Assembly: GCF_026571515.1 (NCBI RefSeq)
Contig: NW_026859100.1
Span: forward strand, 62,001-126,000
Length of the DNA stretch: 64,000 nucleotides
From: Ruditapes philippinarum
Lineage: Eukaryota
Direction of reading: 5' to 3'
The notes under the pieces were generated by a model that saw only the letters and a list, made by a program, of their open reading frames with translations, had not been told where the DNA came from and made no database searches. The position numbers were made by a program, and so were the translations under genes. Shown here piece by piece: positions 12,701-25,000 of this stretch (the stretch's first letter is position 1; the number at the start of each line of letters is the position of its first letter).

Positions 12701-15700
12701 GAAATAAATGAGTAAGATGAAATTACATGTTCGATGAATATGATGGCCCTTTAGCAAGTAAAAACACATAATATGTTCAGTTGTTTAAAGATAAATATGT
12801 TGTTTAAAGATATACTATGCTTATCCTTGAGTAAAATATTTTTTGACAAAAATTTATTGAAATCTATGAAATTCTTACTGAATATATGAATATATTTGAA
12901 TAATAGAATGAAAAAACTCTAACTTCTAAGGTATGGAAAGCCACATTCCCTATTACATGTCAAGTAAAGTTGGTCTTTAAAAAAATAAATTGCACTATAT
13001 TTTCATATTGTGTCCAGCTCAAGTGGGTAGACTTTTTAACATTACATATTCACTTTGTGTGACGTTAAAACATGTTTTTTTATATTTACAAAGAAATTGT
13101 GTAACAATTATCAATATTTTCTAATATCAAGTTTGAGCATAGTATATCTTTAAGCTGCAGAGATATTTTGTTGAATGATCAATCCTTTATGATTTTGTGG
13201 CTTCCTGGGCCTAAAATAAAGGATTCTCTACATGTCACAACTTTTTACAAGATTATAAATGGCAGAATTTTTCACACTTGCTAACATTGGCCAAATTTAC
13301 TAACATTGGCAAAAAATTTCACACTAATAACTAGTCTAGTCATATAAAGGAACAACAATGTGCAGACATTTTAGTTTAATATTTACATTTTGCAACTGTG
13401 ACCAGAGTTGTCTGAAATGGCAGGCAGTTTTTGAGGAGTCCCACATTTTATCAAGTTTAAATATACAAACAGTGTACATTTGTATACATTGTATATGTAA
13501 CACAGAGGATTGTCTATATACAGTGGATCAGATACAAGACATGATTTGATAACGATAACTATATATAATTCAAAACTTTATGATAACATCAATCAGGTTT
13601 TAATAAAAGTTCCAGTATCTATGACTTAAGATTCAATTTGTCACGTTTTCAAACAGTCTACCTGGCTGTTATTTAATTCACTATGCAAAATTACCCAAGA
13701 GCCAAAAGCAACTCACTGTAATTTGTTTAAAAAAGAAAAAATGTTTTACTTTGCTTTATTGTGAATTTTAAGTCTAAAATTTACATTGTTGCATGTACAA
13801 ATTAAAAATGATTTATTATTGATATTTACTTAGACAGTTTAGGGACTCTTCAGGACTGTGATTAGGAGCTGGTTTTATGAGAAAATCACTGTCACAAATA
13901 CATTTTACCTCCTCAATACAAGTACTTAAGAAAACACTCAGACTCTTAAACTCAAATTCAAAACGAACTGTCTCAGGAAAACTGAGGCTCACCAAACTTG
14001 ACCAAAGTGATGTAATTATTTGTGGTAAAGTTTAAAAAGTTCAGATTTTAAATATTTCCAGCTATACTATTTATACTAATCAGCAATTTTAATAATAACA
14101 AGAAACGTTAAGTATTTGAAAGGATATTAACGTTTGTTATGAAAGGTAAAAGCTTTGGGTCAATATACCCAGTGGTATGTATACATAAACAATTTTAACT
14201 AAGATATATTATTGTTGGAGAAAATTCAACGGCAGACGATAAAGCAAAGGATTATTTTTACAGGGTTTGGCCGAACACATTTATATATAAGCTTATTTAA
14301 CTGTTTGTTTCTAGTAAGAGCTTTAAAAATTGTAAGGTGTGTTAGTATGAAAAGCAATATAATAACAAGATTATCTAAACTCTATTGAACTATAGAAGTT
14401 AACAGGTTAAAGCTACATGCCTCTGATCCAGATGAGACAAAATTTTTCAAGAAAATCAAAGTGAGAAAAATGTAGTAAAATCTTGATAATAGTAAGAAGA
14501 TTCAAATGAAGATTCAAGTAAATATTTACATGATTAAACTTTTGTGTGATAAATGACTTATTTTGCATTATTTAAGAGCTGATTTTGCACAGTTTGACCC
14601 TTTTTTGGTAATAAACGTGGGTTGTAAATGTAAGTGCTGTTTGCAATGTGCAAATAATTTTCATTGTTCAATCACTTCACATAATTTTACTTTTGAAGAC
14701 ATTTTCAAAATTTTCATGAAAATTTACATTAATCTGGACTGTGATTTACATTAATCTGGACTGCGGAGGTAAGCTGCTTTAAGAGCATGGCAATGCATTC
14801 TTCACTGAAGAGAGAGCTTTGATCCTTATGAGAAAAAGTGTAATTTGGGGTGTGTGCATGCCGATTCCTCCAAACATGAGTTAAAATTTTTCTTAATATT
14901 TAATTTTGTTTTCCTTTTGTTTGAATATGAAGTAGTTGCAATGTAAGTCACTACGCCTGCTGATGACCAGACTGTGTGTAATAACTATTTGTTATAAATC
15001 CTCAACAATGAACTGTTCTAAATTCAAAACAGAAGTCCTATTTTACAAATTCAATCATAGAAATTAGGATTGAAATTTACATGCGAGTCAAGCTAACTAC
15101 AAATGGATACTGTATGTAATTTTCACACTTCACTATCCCAAAATTGAAATAAAAATTCATGAGTTTTTCCGTGCTGGAACTGATGGCATTTAGCCTTTGA
15201 CATCAGTGTAAAATAAGCCCAGCCTGCACATCCATGCAGTTTGACCAGTCTCTATACTGACTTACTTGAAATTAAGGTAGTCTTACTTTAATGCTTTCCT
15301 GCGGCCAAGTTTCTAAAATCGTCTAATATCGTAATAAATGGGGCATTTCCGGAATGCTTTTTTCACAATCTTCGGTATTCAATAATTTGTAACAGTCTAT
15401 AACCAGGATTAAGTACATAGTGATAAAGGATAATTTATTAATGCCCAATATTTCGAAAAAAAATAACGTTCAGGAAATAACCGATTTGCTACGATATTGG
15501 ACAATGTTAGAATTTTTTGAAGGAAAGCATTACAGTAAGACTACCTTGATAATAACAGACATCTGCAAAAAGTAGAAGCTGGACAAGTTCATTTAAGAAA
15601 TTCAGTAGCTTAAAGGTTGATCTCTTTTATTTTTTCATGTTTTTTTTTATAAGTCTGAAAAACTAAAGATAGAAAGGAAATGCCCATAATTAGATGATAA

Positions 15701-16004
15701 GTATCATTGAACATAATGATATTGTTTATTCACTAGACTATAGGAAATTCATCTTATATATTTCTTCCTCCTCAGCATGACTGTCATACTCGTCCACACT
15801 CCTTATAGTCTGAATTGATCATCTTGTCCTCAAATGCAGACAATTTAGTATATTTGTACATTGTATATACTTAAAATATTTGAAATAAATTGATTTATTT
15901 ATTGATTTATTTATTTATCAGTAAAAATCTTTTAGTATATTATACATGTAGATCTGGGTTCACTTCATATGTAGGCAAGGTGACATTCACAGAACGCAGG
16001 CCAG

Positions 16005-16035
<31 letters not shown>

Positions 16036-19000
16036 ACACACACAGACACACACATTCAACCCAGCCACACAAGCAGGGCATCGGGCATCATATTGGGTTA
16101 AGGATCCCTATAATGAAATCCTCTTTGGGGTTTAGGATCCTTGTAATGAAATCTTCTTTGGTGATCGAAATCTTCTTTGGTTTTAAGGCTCCCTGTGATG
16201 AAATCTTCTTTGGGGTTTAGGTTCCAAGTAATGAAATATTAACTAAGCTTGTGCGGAATGTAGAAATTGCCAGCATTGAATTTGATATAATTATACTTCC
16301 TTAAAAGTCACTGGTCTTTAGGTATGAATATGGCTAACATTTATAGTGTTAAATAAACATCAATGTATTTTATAAAAGATAAAAAGAACATAAAATGTTT
16401 TTTTTGGTCAATATATTTCTGTTAAGGAGAAATTTTTTTCATAGTGCTAAATGAATTTAATTGAAGCAATTTTTAACAGATGAAAGGAAGATAAAACATA
16501 CATGTTATCTTAAGTAGGTTTCAAATGTAGAAAACATAAAATAATTTAAATATTGCCTAAAATTTAATTGTGTATATCCTGTACCTGCCTTTTTCTGTCT
16601 CAATAATTACTTCCTGTTCTAAGTTTACAACTGGAAGACAGTTACTTTTTGCATATAGTAAATAAGCAGTGAGGGGTGTATATGAGAAGGGAAGTAACTC
16701 ATGATCAATTTCTCTTTAAGATTTCACCAACTTGTCTCCCTTTAGAATGCACTCTTAAGTCTCATGTTTGTGACTAAGCTTTTTCTATATCGGAACCCTC
16801 AAAAACAACATTGGACAGTTTGAAAGCCAAATAGTTAAAACAATACAAGTCTATTGTACTAATTTTGTCGGGCAGAAGCATATAATACTTAAGTTGAATG
16901 GTTAATAAAGTTATTGATTTTCAATTATACAGAAAATTACATACATATGTTATCATGTTCAATAAAAAGTTGGCTTGTATTATCTTTTATCATAACAAAC
17001 ATATCGAAATATTTTCTTCCAATTAGGCAGCTGCCAAGTTAAATCTTTATATAATATATTTCAATTATATATTTAGCTTGATTGTGTAAAGCCAGGTATT
17101 ACACCAGTTTTAATTTGACTGTTAAGTTTAAATTAAGTTCACAAAATGTAAAGTTGGTTATAGTAAGTTTTTTATAAGCATCGACATTGGTTCCGCTAAT
17201 ACAGGAAATATTTATAAATGGAAGTGGGACAGACTTGATTTTTCGTCACTATCCTGGCAGACCTAAAATTTGCTTTTCTCACCATAATCCAGGCTGGGGT
17301 ATCTGCATTGTCTGAAAAGGGACCAGTCACCTGGTGTACTATATTGTTGGCTGGCCAGCTTAAAATTTTCACTGTAGCAAAATTATGGACCATTCCAATA
17401 ATGTATGCTGGACAAGCCCAGCATTTGTTCATTTATGTTTAAGATTTCAGTATTAATAAAGAATAGTAAAAAGTATATTTGATATGATGTACATGTGTGC
17501 ATTAAAGTGTTTGAATTTTAAAGAAGTATACTTCCAAAATGCTTATAATATTATGAAATAAATATGGTAATTTATTGCCTTAAAAGCAAATGGCGCATGC
17601 ACAAAATCATTGCTAAATGGATAAAAACCAATTTAAAATAGCAAAAAAATATTTTATTCTGGAACATTTTATTCTGTTTACGTACAATATTCATGTGTAT
17701 TAAATAACAGAGACATTCTATGTTGCAACTCTTACAGGATTCAACCATATGATAATCATGGAACCAATATTATAAATTTTACTGTTGATAAATTCTATTA
17801 AAATATTTCATAAGGTATAGATTTATACCATTTAAATCGCTGAAAACATATTAAATTTATTTGGTAATGAATTTCCTATTAAATGTATGGTTGCTTCCAG
17901 TTTTGAGGTATATAAGCAGTAAAGCGTGTACATTAGGAACTGTCTGATCATGAATGATACAGTTGCCCATACAGTTGCCCATTTAATGTAAGCATACAAG
18001 TATAAGTGTCTTGTGAACAAACGATGGACAGTTTTAAATTCAAAGGCAGACTGGTCCATTAAACAAATTCAGCAAGGTGAGAGAGGGGGTTAACAAACCT
18101 GGAGGATGTGTTATTTGATTGCTGTGATATAATAGACCGGTTGTTAGGAGCTTTTGTTATGTCTGCATCTATATTATCCCTTAAAACAAAGTGTTGGACA
18201 GTTTCCATCAGAGTTAACAAGACAGAGTTACTATATGAAACTATTAAGTCAGGTCTAATTGGCAATTATTCAGACTGGCTTTACATCTGATTGAATGAAA
18301 TATGGGAATAACTTCGTATGATTTAAAAGGATGTGAGAAATGTATGCCTGTGAAAGAAGGGGTTCATGGCGTTCATTACTGGATTAATGTCAATTCTCCG
18401 TTCAGTGAAAATAAAGGTAGTTTTGTTTTTAGGCAAGACAGTTATACAAATTTTTCATTGTACCAACGCAAGGCAAAGACTTGTTTCTCTCCCCATAATT
18501 CTGTTTAGTGAAAATAAAGGTAGTTTTGTTTCAAGGAACGATGATAATACACATAATTATACATGTATATAATATTATTTACAAATTTTTCTTTGTGCAA
18601 ACAAGTCGGCATGGCCGAGTGGTTAACAAGTTAGAATACTAATCTGAGGATAGCTATCCATATGGGTTCAAACCCCGTTGTATTTTTGAACAAGAAACTT
18701 CATATCATTACTCGGTACTGGTTGGTTCCAGAAACGGATACGAAAGTGCATCTATTAGCTTAAAACTTCTTACACAATTGAACTAAAACAAAGTATACAC
18801 CAAACATTAGGGAAAAACTCATTTCTCCTGCAATTCTAGGGCCTTTTGGTGACAGGGCTTAAAATTATTGACTGTTGAATTCAATTAAAATTCCATTTGT
18901 CTGTGATATACTATTTAGCTTTTTCACAAAACAAGAATACTTTAAATTGAGGGCAAAACTGCTGTAACATTATGAAATAAAGAAGGGATTACAACAGTTT

Positions 19001-22000
19001 TGTGATCAGCCCTCGTTTATGTATGATTTACAGTAAAAGAAAAGTTTTGTAGTTAGTGATTGACACTGTGATTGTTGAAGTAAATCAGTATTTCCTATCA
19101 AATACACAGGTATATATAGGTATATATAGGTATATGTGTGAGTGTGTGTTCAGTAGGTCAGATATATTTTAGAAGCTTCTGCATTTCATCTGCAAAGTTC
19201 ATACAGTGTTGGCAAAACACATTCTACTGTATATATCGTTTGATTCTTGGTTTGCATTTTAAAGATATTGAATATTGTATAAGATAGTGAATTTATAGCA
19301 AAATCAATTAAAAAGATTAAGATCTCTTGATAGTTTTATCTATTTACCTTGGCTGGTTATGAAATGTTAACTGTGAAAAAGAGAATACATGTAGTCAGGG
19401 CTTCCGTTAATGGAAGTTTGGGAGTCATTTACTTCTTGATTTTTGCTTGTGTCTTCCAAAATCTAATTCTTTTCCTTCTTACCTATATAATGAGACTTCC
19501 AATATCAGAGATTTTGAAGTCTCTGACTTCCAAATTTTGGAACTTAATGGAAGCCCTGTGTAGTTAAAAAAACCAATTTACTGTTTCAATTCACAGAAAA
19601 CAATATGATTGTAATTTGTATGGTAATATTGAACTGGGACTGTGTAATTTTTTCGTAAAGGTTTTTTCGTAAGTTTTCGAAAGAAGTTAACAAGTTTACT
19701 CATTGGCTTTAAATGATAGAACTGTTCTTCTCAAGGCTATTGTTACACTATAAGTTTTAAGCTATACAAGTCATGTATCGTGATGCCATAGTTTGAAATC
19801 TTTAAGATTTACTTTGGATTCAGATTAATTAACGACTAAAGGTCATTGAATATTCAAATGTATCGGGGTCATTATTGCCAAACAATATTACCCATATATC
19901 ATAACAAGAAATTTAAGCTTAAGTTAACAGAAATAACACATGTATAGTACGGGTTGCAATGTACCTATGTCTTTTTAAAAAAAAAATTGTTTTTCAAAAA
20001 TTTTTTCAAAATGGTAATTGATAAATCAACTGATGCTCTAAGACAACCAACTGGGAGGTTTTTTTTCGCCATAAGTGGCAAAATTAAACTGAACATGCTT
20101 CATTATAAAATTAATGGTTACAAATGTACTGTAAGAAACTTTGAAATATCATGTAAAACAAGCAGGTTGTGGAAATTTTATACACATTCAAGTTGCTGAC
20201 AAATAAATGTTATTAATATTATAACTGATATAATGTATAATTATATAATATCTGAATCTTTAAAATATTCAGAATTCATAGCGTCAATTATAAATTATTA
20301 ATTATATTAAGCAGAGTATATAAATTTGTAATGATTTTGAAATTGAAAATGAGTTCATATGCTGCTGTTGTATTTTTCAGGGTCGTCGACGTTGAACAAT
20401 AAAAAGAGGAATCGTGGGATTCTTAGCTCATTTCTGTGTTGCTTTGGCAACAAGAACAATAACTCTTCAAGTGCCTATCAAGCCCCGAATGCTGAAGTAA
20501 ATGGCAATCCGCGGGATATCTCATATGTAAATATTTTCTTGTGATTAACATTTTAACCAATGAAAACTGTACATTTACTAGCAAAAGTATAGTTCTTTAG
20601 TGAAAAAATCTCCTTTGGTCATTTAATATGGGTTATAATAAAAATTTCAAAATGCCAAATTTATTTAGATCTCTTTTTCATCAATTGTTGGTCTGTGGAC
20701 CTGTTTCACTCACTTTACATTTCAATTTGTATATAAAAGTCATATATTTGCCCTTTGCAAATGTGGGCTAGGTTCTTGCAATGTTTAAATCTCTCAATTG
20801 ACAGTTTATAACATCAAGAGATGAAGGGTACAGAAAAAATGCATGGGCACAATAGGGGCTTCTTTCAGCAATACCCATTTGAGTGTCAACAAAAGTTTCA
20901 CCTTATACAAATTTGTTTGACTCTTTAGGAAAAACTGACCCTCCAGTATTAACTGATTCTCATAATTTTGTTATAATTCATATGCAAGTCCAATAAACAG
21001 ATATCATTTGGGTCAATTTATTCTAAGTTTAATTTAGAGTGTACATGTGTGTGCAAAATACTTGTTCAAAATTTTAACTGTGTTAATGTGTTGTTAATTA
21101 AGTTTCATACACTTTGTATCCGTATTTTAATGGCCCCAGCATTTCTTTAATGTCCAGTGTTACATTTATCATGTTTACTTTTGTTGTTGTTTTTATTTCA
21201 GTGTTTAATTGTTACGATTAACAATGTAACATGTTAGCTTTATTAGGTTGACTATTCGATAAGAATAAGAACTATCCTAGTCACCTGAGCGTCAGCGTAA
21301 CCATTTATGTTAAAGTTTTTGTAGCACCTCAAATATTTTCAAAATCAATTGACATATGGCATTGAAACTTTGCACACTTGTTCAACATCATGACCCCAAC
21401 ATGTAGACAGGTGACGGTAACTCTATCAAGCATTTTAACAGAATAATGCCCCTTTTTCTACTTAGAATTTACATTAAAGTTTGCATACCATTTCAGATAT
21501 TTCATATTCCATTGACATCTGGCTTTGAAACAAGTTGAAATTTTATACACTTCTTTGAGAGCATAATAGGACTCTCTTCAAGGCCTATAACTGTAACATG
21601 GATTAAAAGAAAAATTTAGCCCTACAATATAACATGTTAGATTTATTATATTTCAGAGTCCCAATGAGAAATATTTACTACCAGCAGTAAGACCGCAGGA
21701 CTCCAACAAGAAATGTGTTGTTATAGATTTAGATGAAACCCTTGTACATAGTTCATTTAAGGTAAGCTTATTTGAGGTTAACTATGATTTATGGCTGAAT
21801 TTAAAGTTAATTTAAGGTGAAAGCTGACTGAATTTACCTATAATCTAAAGCTCATTTTATGGTAAGCTATGATTTTTGGCTGAATATAATTATGGTTACC
21901 TGTGATCTAAAACTCATTTTATAATAAGCTATTATTTATGAGTTCATTTAAAGCGAAGCTATGGTCTTATTGTAGAATGAAAAGCACTCTTTGATTAATT

Positions 22001-25000
22001 GCATAATTTATGGTTAGTTATGATTTATATATATTTTTTGGGGGTAAGTTACAAATAAAAGATAAATTTATAATAAGTTATAATCAGAAGTTGCATTGAT
22101 AGGAAGCTTTGATCAATAATTGATTATGTTAAGCCTATGATTAATGGTTTGTTTATTTATAGCTTAAAATAATTTTATGGTCTACAAGCTATTTTAACTT
22201 TTATTATCGTAAAGATGCATTATTCATTTGACTGCCTTTTGCAGCTATTTTTGGGGAAAGGCCCATATTTGAATTGTGGAAAAATATTCAGAAATTGAAA
22301 TATTGTAAAAAAAGTTCAAAATCTACCTTTAACATGGCATTTTAAGGTGTTTTTCCCTGTGATGATCATGTCACCTGTCACTTCTTTTAAGAAACAAGTC
22401 AAAACAGTTGAATTTTTTCTTAGAAGTTAAAACAGTTTGATATATTAGGCAGTGATTGTTTTGTTTATTACGAAACTGGGAAAGCCGTTGTTTCCTTGAG
22501 TAAGAAACTTTACACTCATTGCTCAGTACTGGTTTGTTCAAAAACAAATTCAAGAGTGTGTCAAAAACAAATTCAAGAGTGTGTCTATAGTAAACGCAAA
22601 CTTAAATAAGTTCAGTATAAACCATACCGGTAGTTATAAATTTCAAGTTCACTTAAACTAGACTAAGACTAACTCAAAAATACAAGTTTCAATATATTTC
22701 TGGGTATATTTCTTAATAATCTTTTGCAAATCTGATTTAATCCATTATGATCAGGGCATGGTTGATCAAAGCTGTGATGAATTTTAGAACTTAAATATAC
22801 ATAAAAGCTATGATGTATCATTAAATATATTACATTTAAAATTTGCTGAATTTAGAAACTAAATAAACATGTAAACATCAAATAAGCATAGAATGTTATG
22901 GACTGTGAAATCTGCAGTGTTCACCCTTTGATGGTGACGGATTATTTTGGTGACAGATTTACGATGTAATAAATATTTCGCCAAATACACTGACGAGATC
23001 TACATTGATATGTTTTTCATCTTTTGTGTAAAAACTGTACAGTTCTTGTCATATTATTACACATATGCTGTATAAACTTATGTATATTACATCAATATCG
23101 ATGTTACACATTTTCATTTATACAGTACTCCCCTTGTGGCTGAGGGGTTGCCTTGACAAGTTGAGGCATCAGAATTGCAGCCTCTGTTTAACTGCATAAT
23201 AAATCGGTCATTTCTGGAATTTCTTTTCCAAAATCTTCAATATCCTATAATATTTGACCGTTTATAACCAGAATTTAGTATAAGTGAATGTAAATAATCT
23301 AATGTCCAAGATTTTTAAAAAAAATTACATTCTGGAAATAACGATAACCAATATATTACAATGTTGGCCGATATTAGAATATTTTGCAGGGAAAACTTTA
23401 CAATAAGACTACCTTAATACTGTACAATGTAGTACTAATTGTGAAGAGGTTGGTACTCAACTGAAGAGAGGTTTCACTTTTTTCTGTCACAATCACATAG
23501 TAATGAACAATTTTTACTTTATTTTTTATTTCAGCCAATTAGTAATGCAGAATTTTACTTTATTTTTCATTTCAGCCAATTAGTAATGTATAATTCTACT
23601 TTTTAGTCCCCTACCGGTTTACCGGAGGGGACTTTAGGTTTACCCTCCGTCCGTCTGTCCGTCTGTCCGTCCGTCTGTCCGTCTGTCCGTCCGTCTGTCT
23701 GTCAGTCCGTCAGTCCGTCCGTCCACAAAACTGGATCCCGCGATAACTTGAAAAGTACTGAAAATACTTTTATGAAACTTGGTATATGGATAGATGGCAG
23801 TATGGAGATTATGCACGTCTTTTTCTTTTCTTCCTATGTTGAAAATTCTGGTTGCTATGGCAACAAATAGGCTAAAATATGGCAAATTTTACACATAAAC
23901 TGGATCCAGTGATAACGCAAAAAGTACTGGAAATATTTTTATGAAACTTGACATATGGGTAGATGGCAGTCTTGGAATTATGCACGTCTTTTTCTTTTCT
24001 TCCTATGTTGAAAATTCTGGTTGCTATGGCAACAAATAGGCTGAAAATATGGCAAATTTTATACATAAACTGGATCCAGTGATAAAGCAAAAAGTACTGG
24101 AAATATTTTTATGAAACTTGACATATGGGTAGATGGCAGTCTTGAGATTATGCACGTCTTTTTTATTTTCTTCCTATGTTGAAAATTCTGGTTGCTATGG
24201 CAACACATATACTGAAAATATGGCAAATTTTACACATAAACTGAATCCAGTGATAACTCAAAAAGTACTGGAAATATTTTTATGAAACTTGACATATGGG
24301 TAGATGGCAGTCTTGATATTATGCATGTCTTATATGTTCTTCCTATTTTGAAAAATATCAGTTGCCTTGGCAACAAATAGGCTTAAAAGATGGCAAATAT
24401 AACAATATTTGTGATAAGTCAAAAAGAGCTGAAAATTTTTATGAAATTGCATCTTTAAGTCAAGAGTTATCTCCTATTTAAGAATTTTGCTTTTAAAATG
24501 TTATATTTTGGTAACAGGGATATTTCAAATATTAACTTTAGAGTGTCCTTCAGTCCGTCTGTCTGTCTGTTCATAAAAACTGTTTCCTGTGATCACTTTT
24601 AAAGAACTTTTCCAACAAGTTTACTTAAAATAGAGAAAAATTGAAACATAAGTGAATGGCCAATGGCCCTTCAGAATGTTGATGGGGTTCTAACCGGTAG
24701 GGGACTTATGGATTGCTTGCAATACTATGATAATTGCTTGTTATTTTTTATTTCAGCCAATTAGTAATGCAGATTTTATTGTACCGGTAGAGATAGATGG
24801 AACTGTTCATCAGGTTTATGTACTAAAAAGGCCATTTGTAGACGAATTCCTTAAAAAAATGGGAGAGTTGTTTGAATGTGTGCTCTTTACTGCTAGTCTT
24901 GCGAAGGTACGAGAAATTTTCTTACTAAATTTATTATGCTCTTGTGTTTGAATACAATGTTGGGGACTTTGGTTCCTTTCATGGGAGGGGGGTGGCTGGG

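Noticed and set aside
18605-18680. tRNA genes here and at 8466-8535, 25570-25643, 48262-48321
   Set aside because: A/B boxes are present but cloverleaf stems are broken, and most continue into SINE body sequence; treated as SINE heads.
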